Sequence record: NC_091964.1
Strand: one strand, 5' to 3'
DNA length: 64,000 nucleotides
Position numbers and translations under genes: made by a program. Positions within the stretch are counted from its first letter, which is position 1. Each line of letters begins with the position of its first letter. Shown here piece by piece: positions 1 through 10,265 of the stretch. The notes below the pieces were generated by a model, which was given only the letters and a program-made list of their open reading frames with translations, did not search any database and had not been told where the DNA came from.

Positions 1-1
1 G

Positions 2-730
2 CTGGGAGATTTAATCTATCGTAATGCTCACACAGCTACGATTGGTTTCCAGCAGCAGGATATCTTCTCTGCGGGTTACGTGTACGAGCATTGTAACTCC
101 AGTGATGCGCTGGTGTGGTCTGGTCTGTATGTACCGGCTCATTACTATTACGGCGTGGTTGGCGGTAACTACATTCCTCGCATTGGTGTTTCTATTCTGC
201 CAGGCGAGAATAAGTATACGGCTTCTCGTTGTCGTTATAACCAGAGTTCTTCATGGTATCATGGACAAGATCCGAATCTTGTTGTCGATACTGTGGGCCC
301 TGCATTTATTAACTTCACACTGACTCGCCAAGGCGGTGGCGCAGCTTTCTATTACCAGAAGCTGAACATCACTGACGACCCGATGTCATTCATCAACATT
401 TCGATTAGCAGTGCTGATAATGCTAACTATATCTTAGTGAGCTCGCTCGTTTCCGATGAGTTTAAGATCTACTTTACGGATGACGAGGACTCGTTAATCG
501 ATTCTGTTTACTATCTTATCAAATCAACCATCATCGATCTCGTTAACATTGACCCAAGTCCGGGCAATAAGAAGTTTTACGTCTATCTCAGTCTGGTAAA
601 TGGCGAAGTATCTTATGTTATTAGTCGTAATGCCAATGAGAACTACGATCTTTATATCGGCTATGTCGTGACCAATGACACGCAGATTATTGAGATCGAG
701 ATCGTTAAAGCGACGAAATTCGATTGGTGA
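2..730 (+). CDS. Virion/tail structural protein, 5'-truncated at the window edge
   Basis: The frame of ORF 80..730 is open from position 2 (LGDLIYRNAH...). Beta-rich, Tyr/Ile-rich, directly upstream of tail-fibre genes. Confidence 0.6.
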   Translation: MGDLIYRNAHTATIGFQQQDIFSAGYVYEHCNSSDALVWSGLYVPAHYYYGVVGGNYIPRIGVSILPGENKYTASRCRYNQSSSWYHGQDPNLVVDTVGPAFINFTLTRQGGGAAFYYQKLNITDDPMSFINISISSADNANYILVSSLVSDEFKIYFTDDEDSLIDSVYYLIKSTIIDLVNIDPSPGNKKFYVYLSLVNGEVSYVISRNANENYDLYIGYVVTNDTQIIEIEIVKATKFDW

Positions 731-746
731 CCTCAGGGAGGTTTAA

Positions 747-1808
747 ATGAAACAATCGGTGGAAAGGCTTCTTAAGTCTTTAGCCCCCGGTAGCTGGTTC
801 CAGGGATCTCATTTGTTCGGAAAGAAAACGGCAAATAGCCCTGAACTTGAGGCCGGTGAATTAGTTAACCTCAGTACAGTCATTGGTTCCCCTTCGGAAC
901 TTGACCAGATGCAGGGGATTAAGTTTAAAGATGTTTTCAGTACATGGAAACGCATTGCTTTAAACGGTAGTAACCCGAATGCGTCACCGGAGGAGCTGGA
1001 TACCTGGTCTTTCGACGATGCGACTGATACAGTTCATTGTACAGTTAACTCTGTTTCCACCGTTGGTTTCATTAGCCCGAATGCCTACGATCATTATACG
1101 TTCGAGGTAGACATCTCGAGTTCGCATGGTGACGATGACGGGATCGGGCTATGTCTCGCCTATGTAGGTGAGGGAACCTCCGCTTACTCCCTTTGCCTTT
1201 ATCGACAGGGCGGGTCAAACGTTCAACCTGCGAAAAGTCCAGTTGCACCGTTTGCGCTGGTTTATCAACCTGGTGTCGCTAATCTTCCGGGATACGATCC
1301 TACAACCCGTAAGGTTGGCGGTGTAGTAGGTAACCTCGTCTTCCCTGACGGTACGCCTATCCCAGCAGAGGGCATCAGTACCAACGGACTTAACTTGGGA
1401 TGGGATGCACTGGGAGTAGTACGCGTTAAGGTTGTCCGTGAGGGTAACGTTATTACCTGCCAAACCTCGAAGGGACGCGGTGATTTAACTTACGACCCAG
1501 CGAACAAGTTTGTTATTGATCTCAATTCGTCAGACGACTTACGGAAATTCATCCCTCCGTGTCGTGTAGGCTTTATTGCATATAGCCAGCCGAATGCGAG
1601 TTTCAAATCACTTCTGCAACCGGGAGTGAATGATCAGATCATCGATGCACGTACTAACAGTGTATGGACCTACGACGGCACTAATTGGAACAACGCCCCT
1701 TTCACCGCAGAAAATGCACCAGTAAAAGAAGGGCGTATGTACAAGAATGCAATCACGGGTTCCCTTTATTACGTCGCGGGTGGTTTCAACTTCATCCGGC
1801 TAAATTAG
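747..1808 (+). CDS. Tail-fibre-associated protein with ConA/lectin-like beta-sandwich
   Basis: SD gggagg. The FKDVFSTWKR...NSVSTVGFIS...YTFEV...DDDGIG pattern resembles phiKZ-like tail fibre domains; tail operon context. Confidence 0.55.
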   Translation: MKQSVERLLKSLAPGSWFQGSHLFGKKTANSPELEAGELVNLSTVIGSPSELDQMQGIKFKDVFSTWKRIALNGSNPNASPEELDTWSFDDATDTVHCTVNSVSTVGFISPNAYDHYTFEVDISSSHGDDDGIGLCLAYVGEGTSAYSLCLYRQGGSNVQPAKSPVAPFALVYQPGVANLPGYDPTTRKVGGVVGNLVFPDGTPIPAEGISTNGLNLGWDALGVVRVKVVREGNVITCQTSKGRGDLTYDPANKFVIDLNSSDDLRKFIPPCRVGFIAYSQPNASFKSLLQPGVNDQIIDARTNSVWTYDGTNWNNAPFTAENAPVKEGRMYKNAITGSLYYVAGGFNFIRLN

Positions 1809-1820
1809 TAGGGAATAGAG

Positions 1821-3551
1821 ATGGCTAACAATTTTATTAAGAAGTATCCGTTAGACCGGACAGCCAAAGCGGTATCGAACCGTATCGAAGACGAGCAACA
1901 TAACGTCGGCGTTCAGTTCAACCGTATTGTGGCTCCGAATGCCGGTCCGTATTACGAAGACTCCATGGTGGTCTACGATACGAACGGTAACGAACTGAAG
2001 AAGGGCATTGACTGGGATCCGCTCATGCCGTACACCGAGGCTTCGGTGACGATGGGTATTCCGGTTACTAACATGCTCGTGATTAAGAACAAAGACATTA
2101 CTGAAGTTGTTCTTAAGCGCTACCAGGTTCCGGGCGGTTTGTACCAGACCTATACCGATGCGATCATTGACCTCATCAATTCGTTGATGCAGGACAACCG
2201 TCAAGTCATGTGGGATGACCTGGGCGGCAAGCCAATCCGTTTCCAGCCAACGGCTCACCTTCATCACCTGAAGGATCTGTACGGTTACGAGTATGAAGTT
2301 CTGGCGCTGGAAGAAATTCTTCGCGCTATTCAGAACGGCGACATCGCAGCCCACGATGTAATCTATCAGTACATCGAAAACTTACGTGAATGGACGAAAG
2401 ACCAGATCGCTAAGTTACAGGCTCAGGTAGATGACCTGTACCAGCAAGTCGAGCGTCTTGATAAGCGTATCGATGGTGTTCTGGCTGACCTCGACGTAGT
2501 GCGTAAAAACTTAGCTGCTCACATTGCAGATAAAAATAACCCGCATGCGGTGACAAAAGCACAGACTGGCTTAGGTCTGGTAGAGAACTACGCGATCGCA
2601 ACCACATCGGAAGCACAGGCAGGTGTTGTTACTAATAAGTACATGACTCCTGCCTTGGTTGCTGCGTACGCTGTATCGAAGGTCTTCCCTGTCATTCAGG
2701 CCCACATCGATGACAAGAACAACCCTCATGCTACTACCAAAGCCCAAGTAGGTTTGAGTCTGGTGGAGAACTATCCTCCTGCTACTCAGGCTGAAGGTAT
2801 TGCCGGTGCACTGAGTAACCGTTACATGACGCCGCTTAACGTGGCTCAGTTCATGAACTCGAATGTCTGGCCGACAATCAACAACCATATCAACAACCGC
2901 AGTAACCCACATGGTGTTACTAAAGCGCAAGTTGGCCTTGGTTCCGTTGATAACTTCCCAACTGCATCTGTAGCGGAAGCAAACGGTGGTGGTGCTACCA
3001 ACCGCTTCATGACCCCACAGCTCACAGCCTCTCTGTGGCAGACGTTCTATAATGCTCGTCTGGCTACTGGCGGTAACGCTGCGGTGAACATGAACAAGAT
3101 CGTGACGGTGGCAAGTGACTACGCAACGCGTATCGGCCAGTACCTGTTGTTCCAGACTGCTGCGGGTGAAGTAACTCGTCTGTACTGGGACGGCGGTTCC
3201 CTGAACTGTTCAGGCAACATGAACGTTAACGATGTTTATATTCGTTCGGATATCCGAGTGAAAGACAAAGTACGTTACCTGGACGATACCAATGAGAAAA
3301 TGACTCCTAAACTCCGTAATCTGGCAACTGGCCTTGCGCGTTATGTGTATAATGCTACGCCGGATGAAGAAGAGTTAGGGATCATCGCTCAGGTTGTTCA
3401 AGAGGTCATGCCGGAGCTTACGGTAACCAACCAGGAAAGTGGTATCATCTCCCTTAAACACGCGGGGTTGATTGCTGCCCTGCTTAAAGGCTGGTCCGAG
3501 AACGACGAACGTCTGTCTAAACTCGAACAACACCTCGGTGTTACGGCCTAA
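1821..3551 (+). CDS. Tail fibre (phiKZ gp146-like N-terminus) with C-terminal peptidase S74 intramolecular chaperone
   Basis: Three HxxxxxNPHxxTKAQxGLxxVxN[YF] repeats, a coiled coil, and C-terminal RSDIRVKD...LGIIAQVVQEVMPEL plus a helical coiled-coil tail. Confidence 0.85.
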   Translation: MANNFIKKYPLDRTAKAVSNRIEDEQHNVGVQFNRIVAPNAGPYYEDSMVVYDTNGNELKKGIDWDPLMPYTEASVTMGIPVTNMLVIKNKDITEVVLKRYQVPGGLYQTYTDAIIDLINSLMQDNRQVMWDDLGGKPIRFQPTAHLHHLKDLYGYEYEVLALEEILRAIQNGDIAAHDVIYQYIENLREWTKDQIAKLQAQVDDLYQQVERLDKRIDGVLADLDVVRKNLAAHIADKNNPHAVTKAQTGLGLVENYAIATTSEAQAGVVTNKYMTPALVAAYAVSKVFPVIQAHIDDKNNPHATTKAQVGLSLVENYPPATQAEGIAGALSNRYMTPLNVAQFMNSNVWPTINNHINNRSNPHGVTKAQVGLGSVDNFPTASVAEANGGGATNRFMTPQLTASLWQTFYNARLATGGNAAVNMNKIVTVASDYATRIGQYLLFQTAAGEVTRLYWDGGSLNCSGNMNVNDVYIRSDIRVKDKVRYLDDTNEKMTPKLRNLATGLARYVYNATPDEEELGIIAQVVQEVMPELTVTNQESGIISLKHAGLIAALLKGWSENDERLSKLEQHLGVTA

Positions 3552-3559
3552 CAATTAGA

Positions 3560-3584
3560 AGGGAGGGAAACCTCCCTCTGTTTT
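3560..3584 (+). terminator. Intrinsic terminator/hairpin
   Basis: AGGGAGG-GAAA-CCTCCCT followed by CTGTTTT, after the tail fibre stop. Confidence 0.6.
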
Positions 3585-3595
3585 AGGAGAGAACA

Positions 3596-4708
3596 ATGGA
3601 TCTTTATTACCGTACTCAATTCGGTTGGTCCGGCTGGGCAGATGCCGATGGTTATCAGGCAGGTAATGCTCCTGGTACGTGGGGTGTTACGGGCGGTCCA
3701 GGATCAGAACCAGGAAGTCGTGAGTTCTACGATGATATCCAGCAGTTCTGGGCGATTGACCTTCGGTCAGTAGCTAACCCTTATCCTGACTTTAACCTCG
3801 AGTCTGTCATTGTTGAAACATGGTCGCGTAAGAAGAAACACTCTGAAGAGCATGTCGTCAAAATTGCAGATTACTTCGCAGGTAGTTGGGCGGACAACCC
3901 GGCAAGCCAACCTTATAATCAACTGGTTCCAGCAAGACCACTTGCACCTGAACAGCATGTATGGACATCTAAGAACAGCGTAACTAGCCGTACTACTACC
4001 CATAACCTGTACAGGGCAATTCCGCTTTCAACATTCCAGCGCTCTCCTCTGTTTATTAGTATCAGGGGTATGCCAAACTCCCGTCGATCTTATGGCTATG
4101 CCAAAGTCGTAGGTATCAGAGCATGGCGAGAGCGTCAGATGTTCCCAGGCTGGGCAAGTAACGTAATGCGTCAGGCAGAACGTGCAGTTCCGGGTTGGGG
4201 TTCTCAGCTCTTGGGTGGCGGTCACTGGTTGTCAGAATATCGGGCTGATCGAGAATATCTTGGTATCAGTTGGCCTCCTGTCAATCCAGATAGCTGGACA
4301 CATACAGGCGGTCGCGGCGGCGGTATCCCTGGTACTTTGTGGGGCGGTACTCGTGGTTATGCTACGTTTACTCCTCCGACGAAGCGAAATGTCATTGGCG
4401 TTAAGATAGAGTTTGACGTTAAGAAGAAACAGGGTAGCCATCACGGGCATTATGCAAGATGGCTATGTAGTGCAATTAATAATCCAGACGCTATGGATTA
4501 TAACTACGAGTACTACTATAATGACAACGGCCCTAACCCGCATACCGTAATCTTGAAAGCAGATCGGGTTATTGGTGCAGGTCAACCTATCTATGTTCAG
4601 GGTAGGAAGAACGGTGACCGTGGTGATGGTACTACCTTCAACTACGTCCGTATTACTGACATCTATTACCAAGGCGATCCTGAGCCGGTTTGGTGGCAAC
4701 GTAACTAA
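3596..4708 (+). CDS. Putative tail-fibre tip adhesin / receptor-binding protein
   Basis: SD aggaga. Trp/Gly-rich, two related beta-sandwich halves, an internal gp38-like three-Trp segment, directly after an S74-bearing fibre. Confidence 0.6.
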   Translation: MDLYYRTQFGWSGWADADGYQAGNAPGTWGVTGGPGSEPGSREFYDDIQQFWAIDLRSVANPYPDFNLESVIVETWSRKKKHSEEHVVKIADYFAGSWADNPASQPYNQLVPARPLAPEQHVWTSKNSVTSRTTTHNLYRAIPLSTFQRSPLFISIRGMPNSRRSYGYAKVVGIRAWRERQMFPGWASNVMRQAERAVPGWGSQLLGGGHWLSEYRADREYLGISWPPVNPDSWTHTGGRGGGIPGTLWGGTRGYATFTPPTKRNVIGVKIEFDVKKKQGSHHGHYARWLCSAINNPDAMDYNYEYYYNDNGPNPHTVILKADRVIGAGQPIYVQGRKNGDRGDGTTFNYVRITDIYYQGDPEPVWWQRN

Positions 4709-4720
4709 GCAGCACAAAGC

Positions 4721-4746
4721 CCCTCTCTCCCTTGCGGGAGAGAGGG
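4721..4746. terminator. Hairpin terminator between convergent genes
   Basis: CCCTCTCTCCC-TTGC-GGGAGAGAGGG, 11-bp stem. Confidence 0.75.
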
Positions 4747-4756
4747 AGTTGTGTTG

Positions 4757-5755
4757 TTAGCCTGCGACTGGGGCGGTAGTAATTGCGTTTTCGCCTTGAG
4801 CTCTGTGCTTGTGCTGATTGAGAGAAACAGTCTTCGTTTTGACATCCGCATCCGTGGTAATATCTTTAGTAACAGACAAGCCACCATTAGCCTTGCCTGT
4901 TCCTGTAAAGGTCCAGTCACCTTCGATATTAACATTACCCTTGTGATTCCAGGTAGTAGCAGAAGACTGCATCGTCTTAGCTTCGAGATAGAACTCTTCG
5001 CACTTCAAGAAGAATTGCTTGGTCTGTATTGCGATCTTCTTATCAGACTGCATGAAGATGCTATCCTCAGAACCGATCATGATGTTCTGTTTGTCCAGGA
5101 TAACATACGAACCTTCATTGTTACGCATAGCCCAGCGTTTAGCTTTGGTGTCTAGCGTTAGTTCGTTCCCTTCAGCGTCAGCAAGAGAAATAATACCGTT
5201 ACCGCCGTCCAGCAAGAGACTGTATACAGATATCTCTTTGTTAGCAGCGGCCGTCGAGATGTTAATGATGCGTTGGTGTCCAGACATCTCGATACGATAA
5301 TGTTCCTCGATGATCGCATCTTTTTCGCTTTTATTACTGTTGGGTAAATCAAGTCGACCACTCGCACCCAGGATAATGGTTTCACCGCGACGTTTACCTT
5401 TACCGTCGCCCATCTCCTTCCAGTACACTTGTACCTGGTCACCGTAACGATAAAGTTTAACCTTTTCGCCACGACGTACGTCGGGAGCAGTTAAGCGAAA
5501 ACTATCATCAGGCAGCCAGAGAGCATCGCGCGATGAGTTAGTGTATAAGGTAGCAGTCTTCTCGATGCCTTTAGAGTCTTTAAACTTACTTTCAAGGCGA
5601 AGGTTCTCAGAAACCATATCGCCAGGAGTAAGCGGGTTTTCCTCGACGGGACGATAAAGGATGACACGAGATCCAAGAGGTTTGTTCTCGGATACCGTAC
5701 CCATACCGATATAATGATAGCCACGAGGCGTCGTACTTTCTTCTGCCATTTTCAA
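4757..5755 (-). CDS. Baseplate central spike (gpV/gp5-like; phiKZ gp164-like)
   Basis: N-terminal OB-fold motif TAPDVRRGEKVKLYRYGD, beta-helix-like repeats, C-terminal HKH metal-binding apex (LNQHKHRAQG). Confidence 0.8.
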   Translation of the reverse strand: MKMAEESTTPRGYHYIGMGTVSENKPLGSRVILYRPVEENPLTPGDMVSENLRLESKFKDSKGIEKTATLYTNSSRDALWLPDDSFRLTAPDVRRGEKVKLYRYGDQVQVYWKEMGDGKGKRRGETIILGASGRLDLPNSNKSEKDAIIEEHYRIEMSGHQRIINISTAAANKEISVYSLLLDGGNGIISLADAEGNELTLDTKAKRWAMRNNEGSYVILDKQNIMIGSEDSIFMQSDKKIAIQTKQFFLKCEEFYLEAKTMQSSATTWNHKGNVNIEGDWTFTGTGKANGGLSVTKDITTDADVKTKTVSLNQHKHRAQGENAITTAPVAG

Positions 5756-5818
5756 CGCTCTCTTTTTTCAAGAAGATGTCTTATCAATTGAAGACATTTA
5801 ATTAAAGGGTTTCATAGG

Positions 5819-8281
5819 ATGCTTAAGATACAAAACGCAGAAGTCTATAAGAACTCTCGTATACTCTTAGGTGAAGACTGTCATATCCGTTACAATCCCG
5901 TATCACCTTATCAAGTGATTATCGGACAGAATGGTATTGGTAAAACTACATTCCTCACAAACCTGCTCTCATACCCTTCCTTAGGAGGAAAGGCTTTTCA
6001 TAAGGAAGGTTACTCTTCCATCAAATTTGAAAAGGATGGCAAGGAAATCAGTGTTCGTATTAGTCATGATGGCAAATACAGTTTTGTAGTTGATGGTCAA
6101 CCGGAGAACGTAGGCGGGACTCAAGCAGTACAGAAAGACATGTTCAGAGACTTTCTCGGTATCACTCCTGAGATTGAAGCTGTACTTAATCCTAATTTTG
6201 ATTTCTTGGCAATGTCTCCGCAGAAACGCCAGGAATTCCTGGCTAAGTTAACCACCGGTGATTTAGCCTTTGCACTGCAACTTTACAAGAAGCTCGAGCA
6301 ACGCGCTCGTCAACATGACGGCGTTATCAAACGTCTCGAAGCGAACCTCGTAGAACTCAAAACCAAAGCAATCCCAGAAGAAGAGTACGAAGCTTATAAG
6401 CAGCGTTTAGAGGCGTTGAACAACGATATAAGGGATTTGTATATCGAGCTCAATCAAGACGCTCAGAACGCCTCTGGTGGCTCTATAGACCGCTTCCTGC
6501 CACGTATGGAGCAACTGGAGCACAATCTTACCAAAGAGTGGGTGAAATACTACTGTTTTGGTGGGGTAGATGCAACCGATGAGCAAGACGCTGTCGATAA
6601 GTTACATGCCATGCGTAACCAGATTGCTTCTAAGGAATCTGAACTCGAAGGTCTGATGCAGCAGTTTGAAATGTTCAATGAGGTCATGACGTCTTTGTCA
6701 GGTGGCGATGGCGAGCAGGATATTGATGAACGTTTACGTACACTAAACGATCGCTTCAATCGCTTACCACCCGATGAGAACATTCTTGACATCGTCATGG
6801 ATTCGGAGCGTGATTATCGTGATGCTCATAAAGCGCTCTCACGTCTCTATGGCGAGCTCTCAATTAAGTTAAGTGAGATACAAGGTGAATGGTCGGAACA
6901 TCTCTTACAGATCGATCTAGTAGCCCTGCGTGAAGAGCATCAGGACATTGAGCGACGTATCTATAAGCTGGAGCAAGAGATCAGTCGTATCGATGGCGAT
7001 CTTGAGCATAAGCACAGCGGAGAAGTTCGCTGTCCGGATTGCGGCAAGCAGTTTACTCCTGGGTTAGATGAACGTCGCAGGGAGTCAATGATTGCTCGTC
7101 GAGAAACATTGCTCGAGTCTAAGTCACGTGGTGTTGCTATCCTTGCTGAGAAAACTAAACTCGGTAAAGAAGCTCGTACTTGTCAGGATCAGTACAATTA
7201 CATCCGTAACATGTGTAACTTACCGATTCTGTATAATACGTTCTTAGTCGTTGATAACAAAGCATCGTTATTGACGAGTCCGCAGCATTGGTTACGTGTT
7301 TGTTCAATGGCGTTGCAGACTCTGGAAATCAAAGCAGAGAAAGCCGGTATTCTGGATGATATTCATACGCTCGAAAAACAAAAGCGGATGATGGCAGAAT
7401 CCAACATTGAATCGACCCAGACCTTGGCTGATCGATTAGCAATTCTGGACGAGCGTATTTGGCGAGTTAATACCGATATCCAATCTTTACGTGACCGTGC
7501 TAACAACTACGCTGGTCGTCTGGATAAAGTGCGTAAGTTTGAGCGTTGGGCAGAAGCGCAGGAGAGAGAGTACGTTGACATTGGCGAACAGTTATTTGCC
7601 TCTGCTGAATACGAACTCGATCAGATTCGTCGCGAACTGTTAGTGACCTTACAAGCTAGTGCATCGGAACTCGCTACGTTGATTTCTAACTACGAGAAAG
7701 ATCATACTCAGTTGGAGTACCTGACAGGGATGATTGAGTCCGAGCGTGCTCAGATGGAAGCTGTTAAGATGTCTGCTGATGAACTGTCTCCTAAGACAGG
7801 GATGATCGCTGAACAGCTCTACGGTTTCATCGAGTGTTTCTTAGACGACGTAATGGAGATCTGTAATAATATCTGGACTTACAATGTTCAGATTTATCCT
7901 GCTAAAGATAGAAGTGCTGCGTTGACCTACGTGTTCCCGGTTGAGTTCAATAACTCAGACAATGCATCTGATGATATCGCAAAAACATCCGAGGGACAGT
8001 ACAGCTTAATAAACTTTGCTATTCGTATTACGGCATTGCGTTATATGGGCTACGAGAAGTCAATGCTATTTCTGGACGAGCCGGAACGTGCATTTACTCC
8101 AGTGCATAAAGTCAAAATGATGAACTTCATTCGTGACATGGTAGAATCTGGTTTGTTTAGTCAGGTCTTCATTATTAGTCACCATGAATCCGGTTGGGGT
8201 GCATTGCCTTATCCTGACATCATCGACTTTAGCTACGAGTCTAACTTACCAGGCACTAACGAAGTTATTCGATTCAAGTGA
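5819..8281 (+). CDS. sbcC: SbcC/Rad50-like SMC ATPase
   Basis: Walker A GQNGIGKT, long coiled coils, central zinc hook CPDC, signature TSEGQ, Walker B LFLDEPE, H-loop SHH. Confidence 0.88.
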   Translation: MLKIQNAEVYKNSRILLGEDCHIRYNPVSPYQVIIGQNGIGKTTFLTNLLSYPSLGGKAFHKEGYSSIKFEKDGKEISVRISHDGKYSFVVDGQPENVGGTQAVQKDMFRDFLGITPEIEAVLNPNFDFLAMSPQKRQEFLAKLTTGDLAFALQLYKKLEQRARQHDGVIKRLEANLVELKTKAIPEEEYEAYKQRLEALNNDIRDLYIELNQDAQNASGGSIDRFLPRMEQLEHNLTKEWVKYYCFGGVDATDEQDAVDKLHAMRNQIASKESELEGLMQQFEMFNEVMTSLSGGDGEQDIDERLRTLNDRFNRLPPDENILDIVMDSERDYRDAHKALSRLYGELSIKLSEIQGEWSEHLLQIDLVALREEHQDIERRIYKLEQEISRIDGDLEHKHSGEVRCPDCGKQFTPGLDERRRESMIARRETLLESKSRGVAILAEKTKLGKEARTCQDQYNYIRNMCNLPILYNTFLVVDNKASLLTSPQHWLRVCSMALQTLEIKAEKAGILDDIHTLEKQKRMMAESNIESTQTLADRLAILDERIWRVNTDIQSLRDRANNYAGRLDKVRKFERWAEAQEREYVDIGEQLFASAEYELDQIRRELLVTLQASASELATLISNYEKDHTQLEYLTGMIESERAQMEAVKMSADELSPKTGMIAEQLYGFIECFLDDVMEICNNIWTYNVQIYPAKDRSAALTYVFPVEFNNSDNASDDIAKTSEGQYSLINFAIRITALRYMGYEKSMLFLDEPERAFTPVHKVKMMNFIRDMVESGLFSQVFIISHHESGWGALPYPDIIDFSYESNLPGTNEVIRFK

Positions 8282-8285
8282 CAGC

Positions 8286-8322
8286 AAAAGAGAAGGGCCA
8301 AACGGCCCTTCTCTTTTTTTTT
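8286..8322. terminator. Bidirectional intrinsic terminator
   Basis: AAAAGAGAAGGGCC-AAAC-GGCCCTTCTCTTTT plus T-tract, between convergent genes. Confidence 0.85.
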
Positions 8323-8971
8323 ATATCTCGAACAAAATAGGCCTAAGGGACCAGTAGGTACTTGTAGTGCCCCTCGATCTCATTGCAGCAAATCGTTGAT
8401 CGCTAGAGCCGCGGAGAAGTACGTTACTAGAGTTATAGTTAGCGCAGAAAGTAGAATTAGCCTGCCTGGCAGTGATAAATCCTAAGTCCCCTGGCTGGTA
8501 CTTCCATTGATCACCATACGCCATTCCCTCTGGAGATTTCCCCGACATGTCAATAATAGGGTTGAATAGTAGGTTAAACTCGCAGAAGTTAAAGACAGCG
8601 CCTGCCGGATAAATAGTCGAGTCAGGAACAGAACCCATTTGATCTAAGGGTAACGTATTCGCTCCACGTATTAAGCGAGCAAAATAGTTCTTTCCATTGA
8701 ACGTAATATTCTTGCCCGCTACAAGCCCTGCTTGGAGTAAGGTGTTGAAAGAGATATTTACCGCAATCCCGGTCTTCGGGACAATACAGTTCTTACCATC
8801 CTCCTGACTATAATAGCGAAGGAAAGCTTGACCTGTAATTATTGTCGAACCAACTGGTAGTCCCAGAGCCTGATATAAATCAGAGTAGTTACCTATATTA
8901 CCTTCACCCAGATACTTGTACGGTCCATTGGACGAGTTGTTCTTTGTAGATCCACCCAAGGCCTCTAACAT
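8321..8971 (-). CDS. Tail-associated protein, phiKZ gp131-like family
   Basis: N-terminus MLEALGG; YFARLIRG, EFNLLF, C-terminal WSLRPILFEI; apparent paralog of 54643..55332. Confidence 0.6.
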   Translation of the reverse strand: MLEALGGSTKNNSSNGPYKYLGEGNIGNYSDLYQALGLPVGSTIITGQAFLRYYSQEDGKNCIVPKTGIAVNISFNTLLQAGLVAGKNITFNGKNYFARLIRGANTLPLDQMGSVPDSTIYPAGAVFNFCEFNLLFNPIIDMSGKSPEGMAYGDQWKYQPGDLGFITARQANSTFCANYNSSNVLLRGSSDQRFAAMRSRGTTSTYWSLRPILFEI

Positions 8972-8988
8972 TTAACCCCCTCTGAGCT

Positions 8989-9600
8989 TTAGGTCCCTTT
9001 ACTCAATTCAATATAAGCAGTCTGAAGGGATTTGATTTCCTCTTGCAATTCCCCAATGATTTTATCTTTAGCCAGCAACTGAGCATACGCGGTTGTGCGG
9101 TCTTTAATCGCTGCTTGGCGGTTGGCTTCCAGGTTCTCTGCGTTCTCGACAGACATAGCCTGAGCTTCACCGATAGAGTCGACAAAGATCTCCGGCTCAA
9201 CGCCCAGAACATCAGACAGTACTTCAGCGACTTTCTGCTTAACAAAGCTGAAATCGTAGTCGGTACGGAAAGGACCGAGCTGACCTGAGATAACGTAGTT
9301 AGCATAAGCAGGGATAGACTGCGACGGGAAACTCTGAATGTAGGTGCTCGGTACGAAGAGCATCTCGCCATCTTCAGAGTAGAGGATAACCAGCGTAGCC
9401 TTCGCTTTGTAGTCGTCCTCGTAATTAGTTTGCGTAAGGCCGAGAGGTGCGTAGTAGTCAGCAAAGATATTAACTGAACTACTTACCAACTCCATGAACT
9501 TACGCAGACCGATGACCGTATAGAGTTTGGTCGGTTCTGCCTTGAAAGGCGCCTTAAGTACAAAGCGCCCCTTCGTATCCAAAGGAGGTGCAATGGCCAT
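8989..9600 (-). CDS. Conserved phiKZ-like virion protein
   Basis: PP..KGRF.LK.PF N-terminus and C-terminal coiled coil, in the structural cluster. Confidence 0.55.
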   Translation of the reverse strand: MAIAPPLDTKGRFVLKAPFKAEPTKLYTVIGLRKFMELVSSSVNIFADYYAPLGLTQTNYEDDYKAKATLVILYSEDGEMLFVPSTYIQSFPSQSIPAYANYVISGQLGPFRTDYDFSFVKQKVAEVLSDVLGVEPEIFVDSIGEAQAMSVENAENLEANRQAAIKDRTTAYAQLLAKDKIIGELQEEIKSLQTAYIELSKGT

Positions 9601-9610
9601 CCTTTACTCC

Positions 9611-10264
9611 TTAAATATAAGTAAGCTTGAAATAGTTAATAAGGCCAACAAAGTAGTTACTTGGCGTATTTGTCCCTCTGAACAAGTTCCAAACACCCCC
9701 GCCGTTACCTATCTCTATTTCAGCAGTGCTGTGAGCCGCGATAGGCCTGGTTGAGTTCCCTCGGTAGACATTCATCCAGAACCCCGATCCGTAGGTTCGA
9801 GTAATCTCTACCTTTGTCCATTCCGGGCTATACTGCACAGGCGCATAAAGGCGATCGTACTGAGTACCCGGACCCATTAAGAAAGCCTGGAAGAAACGAT
9901 CAGGGAACTGACCAATATTCAACCCAATCCCAGAAGTGATGCCTTGGTTATAATCCCCAGTCCCTCCCAGGTTAGTAGACCCAGTCGTTTTTGGGAAAAC
10001 CTCGTACTCGATAACAAAGCTTTTCTTACTGAGGTAAAGTAGCTCAGTAATAGGCGCGGTAAAGTAAACGTCCCCGCGTGCATCGAAGACGTTTCCCTTT
10101 ACGTTATCCATGACCACTCCGGAGGCAGGATTCGCCCCGAAGCGTTGCCATAGATTCCCGCATTTATCACTGACCTCTTTACTCCCGATCGCAAGATCCT
10201 TCCAGTCGATATTAATCCCTGGACGGCGAGCTCTAGCGGACACTGGCAGTAAAGACTCGATCAT
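9611..10264 (-). CDS. ConA/LamG-like lectin-fold tail accessory protein (start revised to MIESLL)
   Basis: ATG at 10264 lies 1 nt after the upstream TAA. FVIEYEVF...WTKVEITR...YFVGLINYFKL LamG-like strands. Confidence 0.6.
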   Translation of the reverse strand: MIESLLPVSARARRPGINIDWKDLAIGSKEVSDKCGNLWQRFGANPASGVVMDNVKGNVFDARGDVYFTAPITELLYLSKKSFVIEYEVFPKTTGSTNLGGTGDYNQGITSGIGLNIGQFPDRFFQAFLMGPGTQYDRLYAPVQYSPEWTKVEITRTYGSGFWMNVYRGNSTRPIAAHSTAEIEIGNGGGVWNLFRGTNTPSNYFVGLINYFKLTYI

Positions 10265-10265
10265 A

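Noticed and set aside
5819-8281. SbcC with no adjacent SbcD nuclease
   Set aside because: In phiKZ-like phages the partner is commonly encoded elsewhere; not unusual.
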